Shown: piece by piece, positions 27,642 to 36,185 of the stretch
Layout: each line of letters begins with the position of its first letter
Position numbering within the stretch: position 1 is the first letter of the stretch
NCBI GenBank assembly: GCA_965223265.1
Contig: OZ244999.1
Location: 320,001 to 384,000 of the forward strand
Source of the DNA: Planctomycetota bacterium
GTDB lineage: Bacteria > Planctomycetota > UBA8108 > SXIK01
Direction: 5' to 3'
DNA: 64,000 nucleotides
Program-made: the position numbers and the translations under genes
Notes under the pieces: generated by a model
Told to the model about the DNA's origin: nothing
Seen by the model: the letters and a program-made list of their open reading frames with translations, nothing else
The model's database searches: none

Positions 27642-27893
27642 TCAGCACGCGTCTTGGGGCGTTGCCGTCGAGCTTCGCAGGAGGCAGGCGACGTTCGCCG
27701 GCGCCATGGTGCGACCCGCTAACTCTTCGTTGTAGCGGTAGCCGGGAACGAGGCGGTCGTCGACGTAGACGCGCTCGTCGAGGTAGGGCTCGATACTGCT
27801 ATTGAGGGCTTCGCGGAGCTCGTCGATGAAGCGACGCATCAGCGTGTGCTGGCCGTGGCAGTAGCTGATGAAGCAGGAGTTTTCGATCGCCAT
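27642..27893 (-). pseudogene. Truncated TIR-domain gene
   Basis: SCFISYCH...FI.EL..AL...VYVD.RL.PGY.YNEELA, then similarity is lost before the catalytic helix. Confidence 0.7.
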
Positions 27894-28088
27894 CGGTGAG
27901 AGCCCCTTGATCGTCGCGCCCGTGAAGAGTCAAAATATGCCAAAGCGCGGCGGCGTGCAAGGCAGCGTGAGGCGGTTCGACCGGGGCGGTTCGGCGCCGG
28001 CGGTGCCGCTTGGCGCGTTGCGCGACTGCGAGGGCGCCCGGCGTTCGGTCGCGGTCGACGCAGCTACGCAGTTCGGACTATGTGCACC

Positions 28089-31000
28089 ATGGCAGGTCGA
28101 CGCTATCACACGTTCCTCTCCCACAACGGCGACGACAAGCCAGCGGTCGAAGAGTTGGCGCACCGGTTGCGCGGCGAAGGCATCGAGCCGTGGCTCGACA
28201 CGTGGAACTTGATTCCTGGCGATCCGTGGCAGGAGGCGATCGAAGAGGCGATCGCGGAGTGCGACACGTGCGCGGTGTTCGTCGGCCCCGGTGGGATCGG
28301 TCCCTGGCAGCACGAGGAGATGCGGGACGCCATCGATCGCTGCGTCGCCGACGCCGGTCGTCGCTTTCGCGTCATCCCGGTGCTGCTGCCGGGCGCCGAG
28401 CGGGGCGATCGAAGCTTGCTACCGCGGTTCCTCGTGCGCGCGACGTGGGTGGAGTTCCGGCGCAGCCTTGACGACGAAGATGCGTTGCATCGACTCAAGT
28501 GCGGCATCCGCGGCATCGCGCCGGGGCCGGGTCGCAACGGAGCGATTGACGTTGGTGTGTGCCCGTATCAAGGCCTCAAGGCGTTCGATCGCGATCAAGC
28601 TCGGTTTTTCTTCGGTCGCGAGGGGCTGACGGGCTGGCTCGTCGACGCCTTGCGGCAGCGGCCGGGAGCTGTCGAGCAGAGTCGCTTTCTCGCCATTCTC
28701 GGGCCCTCGGGAAGCGGCAAATCCTCACTCGCGCGCGCGGGTCTCCTGCCTGCAATTGAGCGCGGCGACATCGACTCTAGTAGTGAGTGGCCGATCGTCG
28801 TGCTGAGGCCAGGCCCGCGTCCTGTCGAAAGCCTCGCGGTCGCGCTGGCGGCAAACCCGGCGTTTCGCGACCACCTGCCGGCGGTGGACGAAGTGGAAGC
28901 GAAGCTCGATGGTGACGAGCGTGCGCTCCACCTCAGCCTCCGCGTCGCGCTTCACGAGGAACCCGAAGACCGGCGTGTGGTCCTTCTCGTCGATCAGTTT
29001 GAAGAGGTGTTCACGCTGTGCGAGAAGGAGGAGCTCCGCCGCGCGTTCATCGCGAACTTGCTCTACGCCTCGAGCGTCACTGGCGGCCGGACGATCGTCG
29101 TCCTCACCATGCGGACGGACTTTTACAGCCGCTGCGCCGCGTACACCGACCTCGCCGCGGCATTGTCGGCTCACCAAGAGCTCGTCGGTCCGATGAATGA
29201 CGAGGAGCTGCGCAATGCGATCGAGCAGCCAGCGTTCTTGACCGGCTGCGAGCTCGAGCCGGGGCTCACCGATGCGCTCGTAAACGATGTGGAAGGTCAA
29301 GCTGGTGCGCTCCCGCTTCTTGAGCACACACTCCTCGAGCTCTGGGAGGGGCGCGTGGGGCGCAAGATGTCGTTCGATCGTTACCGCGAGATCGGCGGTA
29401 TCAAAGGCGCGCTCGAACGCAAAGCCGAGGAGATCTTTGCGACCTTCGATCCCGAGGAACAGGACGCTTGTCGGCGCCTTTTCCTGCGTCTGACGCAGCC
29501 GGGCGAAGGTACAGAGGACACGAAGCGCAAGGTGCCGCGCCGAGAACTCTTGCCCGCCCGGGGTGACCCCGCACGGCTCGACAGCTTGCTCCTTCGACTC
29601 GCCGCTGCGGACTCGCGCCTCATCACGACGGAAGGCGAAGCCGAGGCGGGATATGTGGAGGTCGCACACGAAGCGCTGATTCGCGAGTGGTCGCGACTGC
29701 GGCAGTGGATCGAGGCGGAGCGCGGGGACTTGAAGATCCACCGCCAGCTCACCGCCGCGGCTGACGAGTGGCGAAAGAACGGTCGTGACCGCAGCGACCT
29801 CTATCGTGGCCGGCGCCTCGAGGAACTTGAAGACTGGGCGCAGGGCCATGCGAAGGATGAAAGCGAACTGGAGCGAGAGTTTCGTCAAGCGAGCGTGCGC
29901 AAGCGAGCCGGTGTGACCTGGGCGAAGAGAAGCACCGTGATCTTACTCGCCGCGGCGCTCGTCGGCGTGACGCTTTGGGCGGTCTCGTCGTATCGAGCGC
30001 GCGCGGAAGAAAAGAGACGGGGCGCCGACCTAGGCCTCTTGGTGCATCTTGAAAACGAGGTGCGCGATCTGCGGCGCTGGCCGCCGCCGTCTGTATTGCG
30101 GGCTGTGGCGCATCGCGCCGGCGGCCGAGTCGCGGAGGTGCTCGATGATCCGTTCTTTGCTGCCAAGCAGTGGCGTCGTTCGGCGGCGCTCCTCGTCGAT
30201 CAGGCTGCAGAATACACGCGCGCGTTCGACGACTTGGTGAAGCGTAAGCAGTTTCAAGTGGAGCGAAACGGCGTGAAGACGCACCAGTTTGAGTCGGCCG
30301 AAGACCAGGCCGAGTACGAACGACTGCGCGAGCTCGTTCTCGGCATCGCGGCGCTGCAGATCGATCCGCCGGGTCGCTTCACTCTCGGCAAGGTCCCGCC
30401 GCGCTTCGAGCGCCTGCGCTGGGCCGCGGTAGTGCTCAAGGAGTTCGTCGCCAGCGAAAGGCTTTGGAGGAATGCCATCGAGGTGATCCGAACGAGTCCT
30501 AAGTACAGAGGGCTCGAGATACCGCCTCAGGTAGGGATGATTCCGATGCGCTCTCCGAATGCAGAGAGCGGTCTGTACGAGTTTCGTCAGTTGCTCCCAC
30601 CGCACAGTTTCTCGAGGAGCGATAAGACGCAAGTGGACGAGGCCGTCGAAGTTCCACCGCCACTGCCAGTTTCTGGCACAGGGAACGACGACCTGACAGG
30701 CGCCCAACAGCAGATACGAAACGACGAAATCGTCTTGGTGTTGTTGCCGGGGGGCGAGTTCTCCATGGGGAGCCCGGAGAGCGAAGACGACCGAGAGACT
30801 AACGAGAAGCGTCACGAGGTTACCCTGAGCCCGTTCTTCATCGCGAAGCATGAGGTGACGCAGGAGCAGTGGTTTCGCGTGCACGGGACCGAGTCTTCGT
30901 TCCACAAAGGCCCACACCTCCCGGTCGATACCGTCTCGTGGGATGATTGCCAGGAGTTCTGTGCGCGAGCGGTTCTTCAACTCCCATCAGAGGCGCAGTG

Positions 31001-31385
31001 GGAATATGCCTGTCGTGCCGGTACTCTCACACGTTACTCGTCGGGAGAGAGTGAAGCCCGCTTAGCCAAAGTCGCTCGATACAAGGAAAACTCGGGCGGT
31101 GAACCGCACGGGGTCGGCGGCAAGCTAGCGAACCGGTTCGGCCTTCACGACATGCATGGAAATGTCTGGGAGTGGTGCGAGGACGGCTGGGATGCAGACT
31201 TTTACTCGAAGCCAGAGGCATCGGAGAAAGATCCTTTGTGCCGCCCGGGCTCCGTGTACCGGGTCCTTCGCGGCGGCGGCTGGTTCAGCGACGCCAGGCG
31301 CTGCCGCTCGTCGTTCCGCAGCGCCTTGCGCGCGTTGGTTCGCAACAACACCGTCGGTTTTCGCCCCGCCAGGTCGTTACGCTAA
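28089..31385 (+). CDS. TIR - nSTAND1 NTPase - TM - FGE-sulfatase (SUMF1/CLec) receptor-like protein
   Basis: FLSHN..DK..VE...WLD.W.L.PG...GPWQHEE; CPYQGL.AF...FFGRE, Walker A GPSGSGKSS, Walker B LLVDQFEE, ALPLL...L.ELW, EVAHEAL.R.W.RL; one TM; F.MGS, LPSEAQWEYACRAG, N.FGLHDMHGNVWEW, RVLRGG.W, GFR. Confidence 0.93.
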   Translation: MAGRRYHTFLSHNGDDKPAVEELAHRLRGEGIEPWLDTWNLIPGDPWQEAIEEAIAECDTCAVFVGPGGIGPWQHEEMRDAIDRCVADAGRRFRVIPVLLPGAERGDRSLLPRFLVRATWVEFRRSLDDEDALHRLKCGIRGIAPGPGRNGAIDVGVCPYQGLKAFDRDQARFFFGREGLTGWLVDALRQRPGAVEQSRFLAILGPSGSGKSSLARAGLLPAIERGDIDSSSEWPIVVLRPGPRPVESLAVALAANPAFRDHLPAVDEVEAKLDGDERALHLSLRVALHEEPEDRRVVLLVDQFEEVFTLCEKEELRRAFIANLLYASSVTGGRTIVVLTMRTDFYSRCAAYTDLAAALSAHQELVGPMNDEELRNAIEQPAFLTGCELEPGLTDALVNDVEGQAGALPLLEHTLLELWEGRVGRKMSFDRYREIGGIKGALERKAEEIFATFDPEEQDACRRLFLRLTQPGEGTEDTKRKVPRRELLPARGDPARLDSLLLRLAAADSRLITTEGEAEAGYVEVAHEALIREWSRLRQWIEAERGDLKIHRQLTAAADEWRKNGRDRSDLYRGRRLEELEDWAQGHAKDESELEREFRQASVRKRAGVTWAKRSTVILLAAALVGVTLWAVSSYRARAEEKRRGADLGLLVHLENEVRDLRRWPPPSVLRAVAHRAGGRVAEVLDDPFFAAKQWRRSAALLVDQAAEYTRAFDDLVKRKQFQVERNGVKTHQFESAEDQAEYERLRELVLGIAALQIDPPGRFTLGKVPPRFERLRWAAVVLKEFVASERLWRNAIEVIRTSPKYRGLEIPPQVGMIPMRSPNAESGLYEFRQLLPPHSFSRSDKTQVDEAVEVPPPLPVSGTGNDDLTGAQQQIRNDEIVLVLLPGGEFSMGSPESEDDRETNEKRHEVTLSPFFIAKHEVTQEQWFRVHGTESSFHKGPHLPVDTVSWDDCQEFCARAVLQLPSEAQWEYACRAGTLTRYSSGESEARLAKVARYKENSGGEPHGVGGKLANRFGLHDMHGNVWEWCEDGWDADFYSKPEASEKDPLCRPGSVYRVLRGGGWFSDARRCRSSFRSALRALVRNNTVGFRPARSLR

Positions 31386-31741
31386 CTCGCTCTCACGATC
31401 TCACACGCTTCTTCTTCGTCTTCCTCTCCCGCCACCCGGCCGTGCGTAGTCACCGCGGTGGCACACGGGATGTAACGGTTACCGACCGTAAGCCACCAGC
31501 TCAGCTCTAGGTGCGGGCGATGCTCGCGCCGCCAGAGGTCGAGGAGAGCCATGGCGAGGGTGTCGCCGCCGCTGATCGGCAGACAAAAAGACCGCGTCTT
31601 CCTTCGTTCCCTTTGCTACCTTCTGTTCATTCCTTCTGTTCCTTTTGTCGATTCCGAATTCTTTGCCGGCTGATTTTCTGCGAAAACGTTGCCAAAAGGA
31701 ACTCCCTGCCTTCACGTCTGCGTTGAAAAGGAGACTTTCGC

Positions 31742-33436
31742 ATGAAACCCCGCGCCTGCAAGCAGTCTCATCTTCTGTTCGTTTGTAGCACGTTCATCGT
31801 TATGACGTTCATCACCCGGCCAATCGCCGCCGATCCCATCGGCTGGCGTGCCGCCGGCAAAGGCGGCGCCGTGGCCGCCGGTCGTCCCGAAGCCGTCGCC
31901 GCCGGCATCGGCATTTTGAAGCGCGGCGGCAACGCAGCCGACGCCGCCGCTGCCACTCTGCTAGCGCTTTCCATCACCGACTATGGCCGCTTCGCGATCG
32001 GTGGCGAAGTGCCGTTCATGATCTACGACGCCAAGAAACAGGAAGTGAAGGTGCTGAGCGGGCTCGGGCGTGCGCCCCTGAGTCAACGCGCGATCGATTG
32101 GTACTACGCACACGGCATTCCGGCGCGCGGTAGCATGAAGGCGGCACCCGTGCCCGGCGCGATCGACCTGTGCGTCACCGCGCTCAAAGTTTACGGCACC
32201 ATGTCGTTCGCAGACGCCGTCGCGCCGACGCTCGCGCTGCTCGACGCCGGCGGGGAAGATTGGTACGCGGACCTCGCCAAGACGCTGCGTCGCATGGTCG
32301 AGGCGGAGCAAAAGGCGAGTGGATCAAGGCAGGAGAAGCTCACCGCGGCGCGCGATCGCTTCTACCGCGGCGACATCGCCGACGAGCTCGAGGCGTGGTA
32401 CATCGAGGTCGGCGCCTTCCTTCGCAAGAGCGATCTCGCAGCGCACGAAACCTTGATCGAGGACCCGGTGGCGATCGACTATCGCGGCTACCGCGTCTAC
32501 AAGTGCGGACCGTGGACGCAAGGGCCGACACTGTGCCAATCGCTTCGGCTCCTCGAAGGATTTGACCTCAAAGCGATGGGACATCTGCGGCCCGACTACG
32601 TGCACGTCGTCGTGGAGTCGCTCAAACTCGCTTTCGCCGATCGCGACGCGTACTACGGCGACCCGCGTCTCGTCTCGGTGCCGCTCACGGCGCTCTTCTC
32701 CGATCCGTACACCGAGACGCGGCGTTCGCTGATTGACCTGCGCCGTGCATCGCTCGAGCAGCGACCCGGCGATCCGTACCGCACGACTGCGCTTCGCGGC
32801 GCGCGCGGCGCCAACGGTCCGGGCGCGAAGCTCCCCGTGCAGGACACGACGACGTGTGTGGTCGCCGACCGGTGGGGCAACGTCGTCGCGGCGACGCCGA
32901 GCTGTAACCTCGCCGGGAACACGCCCGGCCCGAACGGCGTGACACAGGGCAACCGCGTTCGCAGCTTGAACACGACCCCGGGCCATCCCAACCGCGTGCA
33001 GCCAGGCAAGCGCCCGCGCATCACGCTCACACCGACGCTGGTGACACGCGACGGTAAGCCGGTGATCGCGATCAGCGTTGCCGGCGGCGACCTGCAGGAC
33101 CAGACCACGCTCAACGTCCTCCTCAACCACGTTGAGTTCGGCATGTCGCCGGCGCAGGCGGTCACCGCTCCACGCTTCAGCACCTCGCACCGAGAGAACT
33201 CGTTCGACCCCAATCCCGACCGCCGCGCCGCCTTTGGCACACCTGGCAGCTTGCAGGTGAACATGGCGGTCCCGGCGGCGACCAAGGCGGAACTCGTCCG
33301 CCGCGGCCATGTCCTGCGGGAGGCGGATGGGAGCATCGCTGACCCTGTGATGCTGACGATCGATCACGCCAGCGGTATGATCTACGCCGCCGGCGACCCG
33401 GAGGCCGGGCGGCATGCTGCTGCGCTCGAGAAGTAG
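31742..33436 (+). CDS. ggt: Gamma-glutamyltransferase family protein (secreted)
   Basis: GGNAADAA, FYRGDIA, KLAFADRD.YYGDP, nucleophile DTTT.VVAD.WGN, PGKRPR.TLTP; signal peptide. Confidence 0.9.
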   Translation: MKPRACKQSHLLFVCSTFIVMTFITRPIAADPIGWRAAGKGGAVAAGRPEAVAAGIGILKRGGNAADAAAATLLALSITDYGRFAIGGEVPFMIYDAKKQEVKVLSGLGRAPLSQRAIDWYYAHGIPARGSMKAAPVPGAIDLCVTALKVYGTMSFADAVAPTLALLDAGGEDWYADLAKTLRRMVEAEQKASGSRQEKLTAARDRFYRGDIADELEAWYIEVGAFLRKSDLAAHETLIEDPVAIDYRGYRVYKCGPWTQGPTLCQSLRLLEGFDLKAMGHLRPDYVHVVVESLKLAFADRDAYYGDPRLVSVPLTALFSDPYTETRRSLIDLRRASLEQRPGDPYRTTALRGARGANGPGAKLPVQDTTTCVVADRWGNVVAATPSCNLAGNTPGPNGVTQGNRVRSLNTTPGHPNRVQPGKRPRITLTPTLVTRDGKPVIAISVAGGDLQDQTTLNVLLNHVEFGMSPAQAVTAPRFSTSHRENSFDPNPDRRAAFGTPGSLQVNMAVPAATKAELVRRGHVLREADGSIADPVMLTIDHASGMIYAAGDPEAGRHAAALEK

Positions 33437-33527
33437 CCACCAGATGAGTGATGGGTCGGTTCGGCCTGTTGTCCTGGCTTCAGCGGTGCGCTACGTTCGC
33501 GGCGTTTTGTTTGAGTCGCCGGAGGTG

Positions 33528-33576
33528 CGGCACGCGGAGTGTGCCTACCACCATGTCGGAGATACGGCACACGGAG
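33528..33576. repeat. GTAG-type REP element(s)
   Basis: cggcacgcggagtgtgcctaccac plus partial acggcacacggag; same family as 36002-36116 and 53130-53192. Confidence 0.7.
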
Positions 33577-33594
33577 ATTGTGAGTTTTATAAAA

Positions 33595-33672
33595 TGTGCC
33601 GTCCGGACGGGCACTATGACCGTGACCGTGACCGTGAGTTGCGCCGGAGCGTTTTAAAAAGTTCACAGCCTC
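33595..33672. repeat. Left arm of a ~70-bp inverted repeat flanking the beta-galactosidase gene
   Basis: Reverse complement matches 35945-36010 (gaggct.tgaa...aaaacgc.ccg.cg.aactcacggtc...cgtccggacggcaca); contains (GACCGT)x3. Confidence 0.8.
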
Positions 33673-33702
33673 GAAGTTCACTACCATTCTGAGCCTGCAT
33701 CT

Positions 33703-35889
33703 ATGAATTCATTGAAGTACCGTGGCGGCCGCTACTGGCGCGATGGCGAGCCGTTCTTTGTTGTTGCCGCCGACTATCAGTATTACCGCGACCGCGAGGC
33801 ACACTGGAGTGATCGGCTCGAGAAGCTGAAGGCCAGTGGGGTCAACACGATCACGTTCTATATTCCGTGGCGCCACCACCTACGCGTCAACGGCGACGAG
33901 CGCGTGTACGACTTCACTGGCACCACCAAAGACAGCCGCGATGTCGTCGGCTTCATGCGCCGCATCGCCGCACTCGGTCTTTGGATGATCGCCAAGCCGG
34001 GACCGTTCGTGCATTCCGAGCTCAACGTCGGTGGACTCCCGGATATCGTTTCACCGTCGTTCAACGGCGGCATACCGGCCGCGCGTCGTCACCATGGCCG
34101 TCCGGCGTACTGGACCTACGACGCATCGCAGCTGCCCGCACCGCTCGATGAGCACTTCGACGCCCTCGCGCGCGAGTGGCTTGAGTCGGTTCGTGAGGTG
34201 CTGCAACCGTTTGCTGGCGACGACGGCGCACTCATCGGCATCCAGCTCAACGACGAGACCATCTTTTGCACGTCCAACGACCCACCGTGGCATTTTGGCT
34301 ATGATCCATCTGGAATCGCGTTCTATCGCCAGCTCCTGCGTGATCGCTATGGGGACATCGAAAACTACAACCGGCTGCATGCGACCAGCCACACGAGCTT
34401 CGAGTTGGTCAACGGGCCGGCTCTGGTCGACGACAGCGACGCGGCGGATCGAGAGACCCCGGCGCGCCCGGAGGAGATTCTCCACTATATCGACTGGGCG
34501 GAGTATCAGTGGCGACTGCGGCGCGATCTCTACATCCGCTACAAGGAGTACCTTGGCGTTTCGCTGCCGCATCTGACGAACTACGCTGGCATCACGCCGC
34601 CGATCGAGGAGAACGTCCCGGATTTGCAGGACGTTGCGCACGAGAGCCTGCCCCCCGACTACACCCAGCTCTATCCGGAGTGGTGGTTCGCGATGAACCG
34701 CATCGATCGCGACGCGGACGCCTACGAGTACGGCATGATCAGTTGGCTCGGCGTGGCGTCGTATGATCGCGACGTCTTCGACCGCTATATCAACACGGCG
34801 CGCCGCGCCCGCGGCATCAACATGGAGGAGAACTGGGGCTTCGGCATGCTCTACGATGCGAAGTCGCGCTATCCACTCGTGCCGTTTTACCAGACGCTCG
34901 TGTCGGTCGCTGGTGGGGCCACGGGATACGTTATCTTTTGCGGCGTCAGCACCGACTACTGGGAGGATGAGCTCGATCGCATCACCAAGAAGCAGTGTCC
35001 GACGTTCCCGTCGCACGCGCCGATCGACGAGCACGGCAACTGCCGGCCGATGTACGACGCGGCGATGCTTCTGAACCGCTGGTTTCTGGCGAATGGCGAA
35101 GCTTTGCTGCGCTGCGAACCCGAGACCGACGTTTGCTATCTTCTCTATCCACCCTACGCGGCGGTGTCGTCATGGATCCCGGACGAGCGCTACTGGCAGC
35201 TCGACGGGCGCACGATCCCGCGCTGCGGCCATGAAGGCTTCGAAGAGTTCTCGCGCGCTCTCCAAGGGGCCGGCTACTCCTTCGGCATGTTCGAGCTCGA
35301 CGCGGTCACATCCGAACGGCTTGATGCCTCGCGCGTGGTCACGCTGCGGAGCGCATTCTTCATGGACGCAGCGTCGCAGGAGAAACTAGCTCAGTACGTC
35401 AGCCGCGGCGGCAAGCTCATTCTGTGCGGCGACCTTCCCGAGGTCGATCTCGAGTTGCGACCGTGCAGTGTGCTGCGGCAGGCGATCGATGCGGCACGCG
35501 CCGGCGGCGCATCGGCCGTCGTCTACCAGCCAGAAGATCTCTTCATCGATGGTGGTATCTGTTCGGTGCTGGAAGCACAGGGACTGAAGCCGACGGTGAC
35601 TTACGCCGACAACATGCGCGCCTATGTGCATCGCGGCGCCGGGGGCTCGTTCGTCTTCTTCTTTGACTTCGAGCTCGAGCCGGGAAGTAGAAAATGGATC
35701 GAGTTCGACGGCCTCCGCATCGACTTCGAGCTTGGCTCAAAGACTTGCGGCGCGCTGCGCGTTCGCGACGGCAGAATCATCTCGCACCTGGTCAAAGGCA
35801 CGAACGAAGTCGAAGACGTCCGCTCGACGATCCGCATCCGCTGCGGCGATCAAGTGATCGAAGGGGTGGGGGATTTCGCGTCGCCGTGA
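33703..35889 (+). CDS. Beta-galactosidase-like glycoside hydrolase (GH35/GH42-like)
   Basis: YYR.....W.DRL.KLKA.G.NTI.FYIPW..H, KPGPFVHSE...GGLP, IG.QL.DE, L.DRYG.IE.YN, trimerisation-like L..YV..GG.L. Confidence 0.85.
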   Translation: MNSLKYRGGRYWRDGEPFFVVAADYQYYRDREAHWSDRLEKLKASGVNTITFYIPWRHHLRVNGDERVYDFTGTTKDSRDVVGFMRRIAALGLWMIAKPGPFVHSELNVGGLPDIVSPSFNGGIPAARRHHGRPAYWTYDASQLPAPLDEHFDALAREWLESVREVLQPFAGDDGALIGIQLNDETIFCTSNDPPWHFGYDPSGIAFYRQLLRDRYGDIENYNRLHATSHTSFELVNGPALVDDSDAADRETPARPEEILHYIDWAEYQWRLRRDLYIRYKEYLGVSLPHLTNYAGITPPIEENVPDLQDVAHESLPPDYTQLYPEWWFAMNRIDRDADAYEYGMISWLGVASYDRDVFDRYINTARRARGINMEENWGFGMLYDAKSRYPLVPFYQTLVSVAGGATGYVIFCGVSTDYWEDELDRITKKQCPTFPSHAPIDEHGNCRPMYDAAMLLNRWFLANGEALLRCEPETDVCYLLYPPYAAVSSWIPDERYWQLDGRTIPRCGHEGFEEFSRALQGAGYSFGMFELDAVTSERLDASRVVTLRSAFFMDAASQEKLAQYVSRGGKLILCGDLPEVDLELRPCSVLRQAIDAARAGGASAVVYQPEDLFIDGGICSVLEAQGLKPTVTYADNMRAYVHRGAGGSFVFFFDFELEPGSRKWIEFDGLRIDFELGSKTCGALRVRDGRIISHLVKGTNEVEDVRSTIRIRCGDQVIEGVGDFASP

Positions 35890-35944
35890 CGCGGCCTTTC
35901 CGCAGTGCACGAGGTTTCAAAGAAGAACCGGGCGGCACCTGCGA

Positions 35945-36010
35945 GAGGCTATGAATTCTCGAAAACGCGCCGCCGTAACTCACGGTCGACGGTCACGTCC
36001 GGACGGCACA
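35945..36010. repeat. Right arm of the inverted repeat flanking the beta-galactosidase gene
   Basis: Inverted copy of 33595-33672 with an internal deletion. Confidence 0.8.
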
Positions 36011-36116
36011 CAGGAGTGTGCCTGCAACGTTGAAGATCCAGTTGGCGCTATAGTAGAGGCACGCTCCGCGTGCCGTCGCCTGAAAACACCGGACGACATG
36101 GGAGTGCGCCTGCCAC
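36002..36116. repeat. Cluster of three GTAG-type REP elements
   Basis: gacggcacacaggagtgtgcctgcaac; inverted gtagaggcacgctccgcgtgccgtc; degenerate gacgacatgggagtgcgcctgccac. Confidence 0.75.
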
Positions 36117-36185
36117 TTTGGGAGAGCGCACCGCCCGCCAAAGAAAACTCCGCTCACAAGCAGGCCCCTCGACACGCGAGCGGCA

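Noticed and set aside
31384-31590. Minus-strand reading LPISGGDTLAMALLDLWRREH, faintly like an IstB or other gene remnant
   Set aside because: Too short, with no start and no second motif to support it.
33618-33637. (GACCGT)x3 as a CRISPR or contingency repeat
   Set aside because: Too short, no spacers, intergenic; it is part of the larger inverted-repeat unit.
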